Virus record (IMG/VR): IMGVR_UViG_3300043449_002510
Coordinates: 1 to 64,000 of that record
Reading direction: 5' to 3' (one strand)
DNA length: 64,000 bases
DNA from: a virus
Position numbers and translations under genes: made by a program. The first letter of the stretch is position 1, and each line of letters opens with the position of its first letter. The notes under the pieces are model-generated. The model did no database searches, was not told the DNA's origin, and saw only the letters and a program-made list of their open reading frames with translations. This document shows, piece after piece, positions 1 to 6,602 of the stretch.

Positions 1-332
1 TCGTCCCGCTTGGCCCACCAAGCCAGAATCTCTTCTGTCTCGTCCTTCTCCATATGAACGGCACGGGTGACAGTGGCGTTGCCTTCTTCCGTCACCGTCA
101 CCTCGTCCCAAGTGACAATGAACTTGACGAACAGTTCCTTGGGAATCAGGAAGTCGATGCCGTGACCTTCGACAATGACCTCGCCGCCCATCTCATAGAG
201 CCCCCAAGTATTCGCCCGATGCCCCTTCTCATAGGTGTGAGGACCAGACATGAAGTTTACCTTGTAGTCGCTGCCGAGAATGGCGACGTGTTTTTCGTTC
301 TTGATGACCGGAGCGTTCATTTCATTTTTCAT
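1..332 (-). CDS. Small hypothetical early protein (MKNEMNAPVIKNEKHVAILGSDYKV...), runs off the window start
   Basis: Open minus-strand frame from ATG at 332. A sigma70-like promoter TTGCTT-17-GATACT ends 6 nt upstream. Absent from the ORF track because it is truncated. Confidence 0.75.
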   Translation of the reverse strand, partial: MKNEMNAPVIKNEKHVAILGSDYKVNFMSGPHTYEKGHRANTWGLYEMGGEVIVEGHGIDFLIPKELFVKFIVTWDEVTVTEEGNATVTRAVHMEKDETEEILAWWAKRD

Positions 333-338
333 GTCCAA

Positions 339-390
339 AGTATCGGCTAAAGTTCACAAGGAAGCAAGAAGTTTTTTCGACTTTTTTCAG
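339..390 (-). promoter_or_regulatory. sigma70-type promoter with A-tract UP element, leaderless transcript
   Basis: -35 TTGCTT (367-362), 17 bp spacer, -10 GATACT (344-339), 6 nt to ATG, two A-tracts upstream. Confidence 0.75.
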
Positions 391-397
391 GTCATGA

Positions 398-606
398 AGC
401 AGGTCCTGTGCCAAGCAAGTTTCTTTTTGGGTTGGCACGGACCTTGCTTTGGGTTGCTTGTGTAAGTCGTTGAGTATCAACCACTTACAGGGCCCTCCCC
501 CCTACCCCCCACGTAAGTCCTTGATTATCAAGGGTTTACGTAAGCTTTGCGAACAGCAAAAAGCGTGCCACGTCAAGTTTTTTCTTGACTTGGCACAGAG
601 TGTGCT
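398..606. repeat. Regulatory module 1: sigma54 site pair / two IHF-like palindromes / sigma54 site pair
   Basis: TGGCAC-N5-[TGC]TGCT at 398-414(-), 432-448(+), 555-571(-), 590-606(+). Palindromes TAAG-N3-TTGA-N3-TCAA-N4-TTA at 463-487 and 514-538. Confidence 0.85.
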
Positions 607-613
607 AGGGAGC

Positions 614-808
614 CTACTCCCTATCGGCCACCGGGAACCACTTGCCGGTGTCGGGGTCCTGCTCCCACTCGCTGGAGTGGCGACTCTGGTAGCGGCTGTA
701 ACGCCGACGCGCAGAGTATTGCTGAAGCCCCTCTTGCCAAGTAAGCGGGCGAGGGGCGGGAGTCTGGTTGTTGCTGCTGCTGCTGTTGTTGTTGCTTTCG
801 TTTTGCAT
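614..808 (-). CDS. Small hypothetical protein, 64 aa (MQNESNNNSSSSNNQTPAPRPLTWQEG...)
   Basis: Start reassigned from the ORF track (1102) to ATG 808, which lies 6 nt below promoter TTGACC-17-TACTCT. Confidence 0.7.
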   Translation of the reverse strand: MQNESNNNSSSSNNQTPAPRPLTWQEGLQQYSARRRYSRYQSRHSSEWEQDPDTGKWFPVADRE

Positions 809-814
809 GTGTAA

Positions 815-900
815 AGAGTAGTTCAGGATTCGGCTTTGGTCAAGGATTTTTTTCAGATTTTTTTGTATTCTCCCACGGTCGCCAGCAGGAAGAATGCCAA
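815..900 (-). promoter_or_regulatory. sigma70-type promoter plus co-oriented upstream sigma54 motif
   Basis: -35 TTGACC (843-838), -10 TACTCT (820-815), A-tracts; TTGGCATTCTTCCTGCT at 900-884. Confidence 0.75.
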
Positions 901-929
901 CATGATGAGAATGAACATGGGCACAGTTT

Positions 930-1067
930 TTAGTTGCCCTTGTTAAGCTCTTCGCGAAGCTCGCACTCGGCGAGCCACTGTTGGTATTCCTCATGTTCTT
1001 CCGGCGTGAACTGCGCGAAGGAGTAGGTTTCGCTTTGCGGGTCAAGGTTGCTGTTCGTGTTTTGCAT
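930..1067 (-). CDS. Small acidic hypothetical protein, 45 aa (MQNTNSNLDPQSETYSFAQFTPEEHEEYQQWLAECE...)
   Basis: ATG 1067 lies 6 nt below promoter TTGCGT-17-GATACT. Confidence 0.7.
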   Translation of the reverse strand: MQNTNSNLDPQSETYSFAQFTPEEHEEYQQWLAECELREELNKGN

Positions 1068-1073
1068 GTAAGG

Positions 1074-1112
1074 AGTATCGTCTGAACTGCGCCCGGACGC
1101 AAGAGATTTTTC
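1074..1112 (-). promoter_or_regulatory. sigma70-type promoter, leaderless
   Basis: -35 TTGCGT (1102-1097), 17 bp spacer, -10 GATACT (1079-1074). Confidence 0.7.
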
Positions 1113-1141
1113 GCACTCTTCGAAAATTTTTTCCTTGACGG

Positions 1142-1340
1142 TTGGCACGCCAGGTGCTAGCTAGCAGGCTCCGTGCCAAGTGAGATTTTTTTTGGGTTGG
1201 CACAGGTCTTGTTTTTAGCGTGTGTAAGTCGTTGATTATCAACCACTTGTGGGGCCCCCCGCGTAAGTCGTTGATAGTCAAGCACTTACGTAAGCTGCTA
1301 AGAAACAGTGTGCCAACGGTAGCTTGGCACAGATTCTGCT
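1142..1340. repeat. Regulatory module 2: five sigma54 motifs and two IHF-like palindromes
   Basis: sigma54 motifs at 1142(+), 1163(-), 1197(+), 1300(-, degenerate), 1324(+); palindromes at 1225-1249 and 1264-1288. Confidence 0.85.
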
Positions 1341-1345
1341 ATCTT

Positions 1346-1606
1346 TTACCGGCGAGCCACTCGGCGGGGCTTGTCAAACTTTCCGGCCATGATGATGTCG
1401 AAACAACGCACCACGAACTCTTCGGCCTCTTCGTAAAGGTCCGTCCGGTCATCGCCTTCCTTGTCTTCGACGCTAAGGATTTCAACCTCGTCCCCTTCCT
1501 CTTCCCACTCGTCATCGGGACCGTTTTCAGCAGGAACAAGGGTAAAGGTGACGCGCATAACTTCGTAGATGTCCGGTCCGAGTTCGATGTAGAATTGTTT
1601 TTGCAT
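1346..1606 (-). CDS. Small very acidic hypothetical protein, 86 aa (MQKQFYIELGPDIYEVMRVTFTLVPAENGPDDEWEEEGDEVE...)
   Basis: ATG 1606 lies 6 nt below promoter TTGTGT-17-GATACT. The upstream extension in the ORF track crosses the repeat module. Confidence 0.75.
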   Translation of the reverse strand: MQKQFYIELGPDIYEVMRVTFTLVPAENGPDDEWEEEGDEVEILSVEDKEGDDRTDLYEEAEEFVVRCFDIIMAGKFDKPRRVARR

Positions 1607-1612
1607 GCCCAA

Positions 1613-1665
1613 AGTATCGTCGAGAGTTCGCATGGACACAAGGATTTTTTTCAGTTTTTTTTCAG
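1613..1665 (-). promoter_or_regulatory. sigma70-type promoter with UP element, leaderless
   Basis: -35 TTGTGT (1641-1636), 17 bp spacer, -10 GATACT (1618-1613), two A7-8 tracts. Confidence 0.7.
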
Positions 1666-1672
1666 AGGGTGA

Positions 1673-1955
1673 AGCATGTCCCATGCCAAGCGAGATTCTT
1701 TTTAGATTGGCACGGGTTTTGTTTTGGAACATTTGTAAGTCCTTGATTATCAAGCACTTAGGCGGGGGGCCCCATAACATGTTGATACTCAAGCACTTAC
1801 GTAAGCTTCTAACAAGTATCATGCCAACCGTGCCTTGGCACAAGAGCTGCTCCCCCAGCAGGTATCATGCCAAGCTTGCGTTGGCATAGAAACTGCTTCC
1901 CCTAGCAGAGAGTATGCCAAGCCCACTTTTTTGTGAGCTTGGCACGGAGGCTGCT
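1673..1955. repeat. Regulatory module 3: eight sigma54 motifs and two IHF-like palindromes
   Basis: sigma54 motifs at 1673(-), 1707(+), 1811(-), 1835(+), 1857(-), 1881(+), 1904(-), 1939(+); palindromes at 1736-1760 and 1775-1799. Confidence 0.85.
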
Positions 1956-1958
1956 AAC

Positions 1959-2207
1959 TTAGCGGGATTCCTCCCATGCGATGCGTGCGTTTCTAGCATC
2001 TTCCTCTGCGCGTTCGCGCAGGTAGTCCTGCTCCTCTTCCATCCACTCTTGCGCCACCTCATGGAGTTCGGGGTAGCTAACACCCTTGACGGTGACGCCT
2101 TCCAGCTCGAAGGCGTATTCGTCGACATCCCAAGTGACATCAACATAGAGGGTGCAGAGGACGTAGTCGCCTTCCTTGGTCTGGAGTTCAATCTTTTCTA
2201 GTTTCAT
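1959..2207 (-). CDS. Small acidic hypothetical protein, 82 aa
   Basis: ORF track. Promoter TTGCAC-16-TACACT (TG-extended -10) ends 7 nt upstream of the ATG. Confidence 0.8.
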   Translation of the reverse strand: MKLEKIELQTKEGDYVLCTLYVDVTWDVDEYAFELEGVTVKGVSYPELHEVAQEWMEEEQDYLRERAEEDARNARIAWEESR

Positions 2208-2214
2208 TGGAGAC

Positions 2215-2263
2215 AGTGTAGCACCCCGGAGAGAGAGTGCAAGAGATTTTTTTGTTTTTTTTG
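2215..2263 (-). promoter_or_regulatory. sigma70-type promoter with UP element, leaderless
   Basis: -35 TTGCAC (2242-2237), TGc-TACACT (-10 at 2220-2215), A-tracts. Confidence 0.7.
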
Positions 2264-2287
2264 AGATTTATTTGATTGACAAGCGGA

Positions 2288-2503
2288 TTAGTAGTCGTCA
2301 CAGAATGACTCCACTTTCTTGGCGCTGCATTCTTCGCCAATCTTTTTTGCGTCAGCGATTAGACCTTCAAAGTATTCGGCAACCGCGTCTTTGCCTTCAC
2401 TTCTGCAACGTTCAGCCGTTGCAATTAGCGCGCCACTAAGGCGAGCGATTGCGCTATGCATGTCCCAGAATTGCTTATCAGAGAGCTTGTAGCCTTCTTT
2501 CAT
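2288..2503 (-). CDS. Small hypothetical protein, 71 aa
   Basis: ORF track; co-oriented 30 nt downstream of the 2534-2752 gene. Confidence 0.7.
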   Translation of the reverse strand: MKEGYKLSDKQFWDMHSAIARLSGALIATAERCRSEGKDAVAEYFEGLIADAKKIGEECSAKKVESFCDDY

Positions 2504-2508
2504 AGTAT

Positions 2509-2534
2509 GTGTGTGTGTGTGTGTGTGTGTGTGT
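2509..2534. repeat. (GT)13 / (AC)13 microsatellite forming an intercistronic leader
   Basis: Direct reading. Confidence 0.95.
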
Positions 2535-2752
2535 TACCAGACCCGGGCAACGACCTTTTCATAGAGCCACTGCGGTTCAGTAGAGGTAAGCCACTCCAGC
2601 TCCCCTTCCGTCAATTCCCGGAAGGATTTGCCGTCTTCGCTCATGTAGATGCCAGCGGAAAAGTAGGCGTCCGAAAACTCGGGGGCGTCTTTGAAGTCGA
2701 TGCCGTCCACTTCAAGGTCTTTGATGCGTTTCCAATCTAGGTTGTATTTCAT
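2534..2752 (-). CDS. Small acidic phage hypothetical protein, 72 aa (MKYNLDWKRIKDLEVDGIDFKDAPEFSDAYFSAG...)
   Basis: ATG 2752 lies below promoter TTGCGC-17-GATACT (2796-2768). Confidence 0.75.
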   Translation of the reverse strand: MKYNLDWKRIKDLEVDGIDFKDAPEFSDAYFSAGIYMSEDGKSFRELTEGELEWLTSTEPQWLYEKVVARVW

Positions 2753-2767
2753 ATTTAAGATACCAAG

Positions 2768-2894
2768 AGTATCGGTGAGAGTTAGCTTGGGCGCAAGTTT
2801 TTTTTCAATTTTTTTTCGGAGGGGGAGAGCAGATGCCATGCCAACCACCCCCCATTTTTGAAAAAATTTTTTCGAGTTTGGCACGCGGGCTGCC
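2768..2894. promoter_or_regulatory. sigma70-type promoter (-) and last divergent sigma54 motif pair
   Basis: -10 at 2773-2768, -35 at 2796-2791; sigma54 motifs at 2828-2844(-) and 2878-2894(+). Confidence 0.7.
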
Positions 2895-2940
2895 GGGGGG
2901 GCTTATATATGAGTCTCCCCAAATAAATTAAACCAAACAT

Positions 2941-2964
2941 AATAATAATAATAATAATAATAAT
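2941..2964. repeat. (AAT)8 microsatellite at the GC-rich/AT-rich junction
   Basis: Direct reading. Confidence 0.9.
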
Positions 2965-3139
2965 ATAAAATAATAATTAAATACTATATCTCTTTATACC
3001 TCCCCCTATTTCCCAAAAAAGTTAAAGAAATTAAAATAAATTAAAATTAACGAGGCTAAAAAAATCCCGGGACCCCTTTTTTCCTAGACTATTTTCTTGC
3101 AAAGTGTAAAATAATATAGGCACAGGTTAACAAATCTTA

Positions 3140-3886
3140 ATGAAAAAAAATAAAAAAAACAAAAATATCGATAAATCTCCATATGTTCATCAAGACGAAA
3201 AGTTAAAAGGCAAACTCCAATTTAAAAATAAAATTCAATGGACAGAAAAACAAAGAAAATTCCTTGAATTAGCCTCTAACAAAGACACTAAAGTTATTTT
3301 TGTAAAAGGGCCTGCTGGCTCTAGCAAGTCTATTCTTACAGTTTTTGCCGCGCTTCAAATGTTAGACGATAAAAAAGTATCAGAAGTGATGTATATCCGT
3401 TCTGCTGTTGAAAGCTCTGAGTCTAAAATAGGCTATCTCCCCGGCACAAATGATGAAAAAATGATGTATTACAATTTACCTTTCATGGAAAAATTAAGCG
3501 AACTTCTTTATAGTCCCGACATTGAAATGCTTAAAAAAGAAGAGCGGGTAACTTGTTTTTCAACAAATTTCGCTCGTGGCATGAGCTGGAATGCCAAAGC
3601 TATTATAATGGACGAAACCCAAAACTCGTCCCGTAAAGAAATTATTACCATTTTAACCAGAATAGGGCAGTTTTCTAGATGTTTTGTACTTGCCGACCCT
3701 CTTCAAACAGACCTTACCAATGGTAAATGCGGCGGATTTGAAGAATTATTTCAACTTTTTAACAATCAAGAAGGGCGCGATAATGGTATTTATACTTTTG
3801 AGTTTACTGAAGAAGACATTATGCGCTCCGAACTTGTAAAATATATAGTTAAAAGAGTGGGGCAGCTCCCAATTAAGAAAATTTAA
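3140..3886 (+). CDS. phoH: PhoH-family ATPase
   Basis: GPAGSSKS Walker A, IGYLPG, ARGMSW, IIMDETQN, LTRIG, D..QTDL, DIMRS motifs. Confidence 0.92.
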   Translation: MKKNKKNKNIDKSPYVHQDEKLKGKLQFKNKIQWTEKQRKFLELASNKDTKVIFVKGPAGSSKSILTVFAALQMLDDKKVSEVMYIRSAVESSESKIGYLPGTNDEKMMYYNLPFMEKLSELLYSPDIEMLKKEERVTCFSTNFARGMSWNAKAIIMDETQNSSRKEIITILTRIGQFSRCFVLADPLQTDLTNGKCGGFEELFQLFNNQEGRDNGIYTFEFTEEDIMRSELVKYIVKRVGQLPIKKI

Positions 3887-4322
3887 TTTTATTAATTAAT
3901 TCTTCTTTATTATATATTCTAGGATTGCCATTTTTAACTAATAAAAGATATTTAATTTTATCTTCATTTGTTTCTTTGATAAATTTTAAAGTATCTTCCC
4001 ATTTTCGACAAGCTACAAAATCAAGACTAACCGCATTGTAATTAGGGTTAGGCTCCTTATAAGCATTTTTTATTAATTCATTATTAATATCTTTTGGATC
4101 TTCTATGAAAATATGATTCCATAGAACAAAAACATAATCATCGCAATAAAAATATCCTTTATACCTTTTTATTTGATTATAAAATGTCTCTATTGCTTCT
4201 TGCAAATTGTTTTCCCTTATTAAAAATTGACTATCTGGATAATATTTTATTAATAATTTTTGACAATTAACAAAAAAATCGACTTTTTCTTCGATTGATA
4301 AAGAATTAAAAAGTTTTTTCAT
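3873..4322 (-). CDS. Hypothetical protein, 149 aa
   Basis: Fills the gap between plus-strand genes; a long ORF in AT-rich DNA. Confidence 0.7.
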   Translation of the reverse strand: MKKLFNSLSIEEKVDFFVNCQKLLIKYYPDSQFLIRENNLQEAIETFYNQIKRYKGYFYCDDYVFVLWNHIFIEDPKDINNELIKNAYKEPNPNYNAVSLDFVACRKWEDTLKFIKETNEDKIKYLLLVKNGNPRIYNKEELINKIKFS

Positions 4323-4377
4323 AAAAGTGTAAATTATTTAATGTATTACGGTCTTTTTATTATAAAATAATTTAAAT

Positions 4378-4812
4378 ATGAACATCAAAAATAAATATTG
4401 TCATAATTGCGGAATTAAATTGGTTTCAACCGCAAAATTTTGCACAGACTGCGGAACTTCACAAGCTTCACTTTCTGCAAAGCCGCCGCAGCCCGAAGAA
4501 TCAGCACCTAGACCCTTACAAAAAAATTTACAAAGACCTCAAAATACTTTTACACCAGTTTCAAACATCGACGATGATGACGAAGATAGTTATATAGATC
4601 ATATTGATCATTTGGAAGTTTCTATTTCTTCTCTTGATGTTGATTTTGGTAGATCAAATTCTAGAAAAGAAACAGTTGGTCAATTAATGAACGAAGGTTC
4701 AGCTTTGCCTCCAAATGCCGAAAACTTTACAAGAGCTAATCCTGCTGCGGTAGATGAAAAAGCATTCTTAGAGCAATTTAGAAATGAAGCTGGCACATTA
4801 AGAAACAAATAA
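4378..4812 (+). CDS. Zinc-ribbon domain protein
   Basis: N-terminal YCHNCG...AKFCTDCG. Confidence 0.75.
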   Translation: MNIKNKYCHNCGIKLVSTAKFCTDCGTSQASLSAKPPQPEESAPRPLQKNLQRPQNTFTPVSNIDDDDEDSYIDHIDHLEVSISSLDVDFGRSNSRKETVGQLMNEGSALPPNAENFTRANPAAVDEKAFLEQFRNEAGTLRNK

Positions 4813-4813
4813 A

Positions 4814-5494
4814 ATGTCCAAAATTAAACGCCCAAAATTTGAAGACTGTTTAGATTTAATAAATATAGAAATAAATAAAAGAAAATCAAAATGGAATTTG
4901 TCTTCCATTGCTTGGATGGACTTTGATGATGTTTCTCAAATTATTAGATTTCATATACATCAAAAGTGGAAGCAATACAATCCTGAAAAACCATTACAAC
5001 CATGGGTTAGCATAATAATAACTAATCAGTTAAGAAATTTAATAAGAAATCATTATACAAATTATGCTAGACCATGTTTAAGATGTGATGCCGCTATTGA
5101 TAGTGATGGTTGCAAAATTTATAAAGAACAATGCGAATCTTGTCCACTTTATTCTCATTGGAAAAAACATAAACAACCTGCTACTTTTGTAAAACTTCCC
5201 GTTTCAATAGAAAATCACAATTATGAAGTTCATAGCATAGAAGACAATCATTCATATGGAGCAGAAGATATTCAAAAACTTCATGATATAATGAAAAAAA
5301 TATTAAAACCAATAGAATATCAAGTTTACAAAGGTTTATATATTGACCATTTGGATGAAGCTGCCGTTGCTAAAAAATTAGGTTTTATTTCAAATGAAAA
5401 AGGAAGGTCTCCCGGCTATAGACAAATTAAAAATATAACTAAATCAATAATCATAAAAGCAAAAACTTATATAGAAAAAGAAGGTTTAGATTAA
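4814..5494 (+). CDS. Phage RNA polymerase sigma factor (sigma70/ECF-like), probable late sigma
   Basis: Region 2-like DFDDVSQIIRFHIHQKWKQYNPEKPLQPWVSIIITNQLRNLIR; region 4-like LKPIEYQVY...VAKKLG; Cys-rich insert. Confidence 0.75.
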   Translation: MSKIKRPKFEDCLDLINIEINKRKSKWNLSSIAWMDFDDVSQIIRFHIHQKWKQYNPEKPLQPWVSIIITNQLRNLIRNHYTNYARPCLRCDAAIDSDGCKIYKEQCESCPLYSHWKKHKQPATFVKLPVSIENHNYEVHSIEDNHSYGAEDIQKLHDIMKKILKPIEYQVYKGLYIDHLDEAAVAKKLGFISNEKGRSPGYRQIKNITKSIIIKAKTYIEKEGLD

Positions 5495-5495
5495 T

Positions 5496-6602
5496 ATGGA
5501 AACTCCAAAAGAATTAGAGCTAACTCCAGAACAAGAAAAACAAATGCTAGATCTTTGGAATAAAAATCCAAGTTCTCCCCCAGGATTAAAAGAAATTACG
5601 AAAGAAATTTTTGGTGGCGATTTTGACGGCAGAAGCGCTCAAGGAAGAGCGGTAAAAAAATCATTGTTAAAATTTAATCTTCGAGCAAAAGCAACAAGCG
5701 ATTATACTCCTAAAACGGCGGAATTTCAATTAACAGAAGATCAGAAACAATTTATTATTAATAATGTTTCTACAATGAATTCTTTAGAGATTTCAAAAAT
5801 TCTTTTTCAAAATCCAACCCTCACTAATTTAAATGTTGAAACTCGTGCTGTAAATGATTTTGTAAAAACTCTAGATACAAAAGTTGTTTACAATCAAAGT
5901 CAAAATGAAGATATTCCAACCGAGGATTATCAGCCGCCTGCTACCTTAGAAAAAGTATTAAGAAGAGTTAATAAATATGTTAATTGCAATTTAGATAAAG
6001 AAAAACTCAATAATAATCAAAAAAAAGGATTAGAGGCCTTAATTAACTATCTTCATACATTTAGATTCATCAAACAAATGAATACTTATGATAGTCAAGA
6101 TGATAGAACCCTTTGTGAAGATGCTTTTATTCGTTATACTTACGATAAACCAGATTTAAATCAAGAAGAGGTAGATCAATATATTGAACTTTCTAATCAA
6201 GTTGTTCAAGGATTTAAAGTTCTCAGAAGAAGTGAAAGAATGCAATTCGCGCTTGAACAAATCACCGGTAATGACCCAGAAACAATGAAGGTTTCTATGG
6301 GTCTTGTAGAAGCAATTGGAAAAGCTAGTACTGAATACGATCAATGTATTAAACGCCAACAAAAATTATTAGAAGATTTAAAAGAAAAAAGAAGTACAAG
6401 ACTTTCAAAACAAATAAAAGAAACCGCATCCATTTTAAATCTTGTTCAACTATGGCGAGACGAAGAGGAACGGATAAAGATGATAAAATATGCTGAGATT
6501 GAACAACAAGCCATAGCTCAAGAAGTTGAAAAATTAACTAGTATGGATGAAATAAAAGCTAGAATATTTGGATTAGATAAAAATGAAATTCTAAATGGCT
6601 AA
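5496..6602 (+). CDS. Hypothetical helical protein, possible terminase small subunit
   Basis: HTH-like N-terminus and coiled-coil C-terminus; overlaps the next gene upstream of terL. Confidence 0.4.
   Translation: METPKELELTPEQEKQMLDLWNKNPSSPPGLKEITKEIFGGDFDGRSAQGRAVKKSLLKFNLRAKATSDYTPKTAEFQLTEDQKQFIINNVSTMNSLEISKILFQNPTLTNLNVETRAVNDFVKTLDTKVVYNQSQNEDIPTEDYQPPATLEKVLRRVNKYVNCNLDKEKLNNNQKKGLEALINYLHTFRFIKQMNTYDSQDDRTLCEDAFIRYTYDKPDLNQEEVDQYIELSNQVVQGFKVLRRSERMQFALEQITGNDPETMKVSMGLVEAIGKASTEYDQCIKRQQKLLEDLKEKRSTRLSKQIKETASILNLVQLWRDEEERIKMIKYAEIEQQAIAQEVEKLTSMDEIKARIFGLDKNEILNG

Noticed and set aside
461-1806. Integron attC or Xer dif/tyrosine-recombinase sites
   Set aside because: No RYYYAAC/GTTRRRY ends, the 3-bp centre is too short for a 6-8 bp crossover spacer, and no recombinase is in the window. 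Not fully excluded, but IHF fits better.
449-1889. ORF-track proteins containing KSLIINHL/KSLIIKHL (449+, 1042-, 1220+, 1605+, and the N-terminal part of 1346-)
   Set aside because: These are translations of the palindromic DNA modules. They appear on both strands and overlap better-supported promoter-linked genes.
398-1955. CRISPR array or mini-array
   Set aside because: Repeats are degenerate, in both orientations and irregularly spaced, with genes between them. No cas genes are present.
54-2740. Plus-strand ORFs in the GC-rich block (54, 280, 1914, 2176, 2456)
   Set aside because: Antisense shadows of the minus-strand acidic genes with no clear translation signals.
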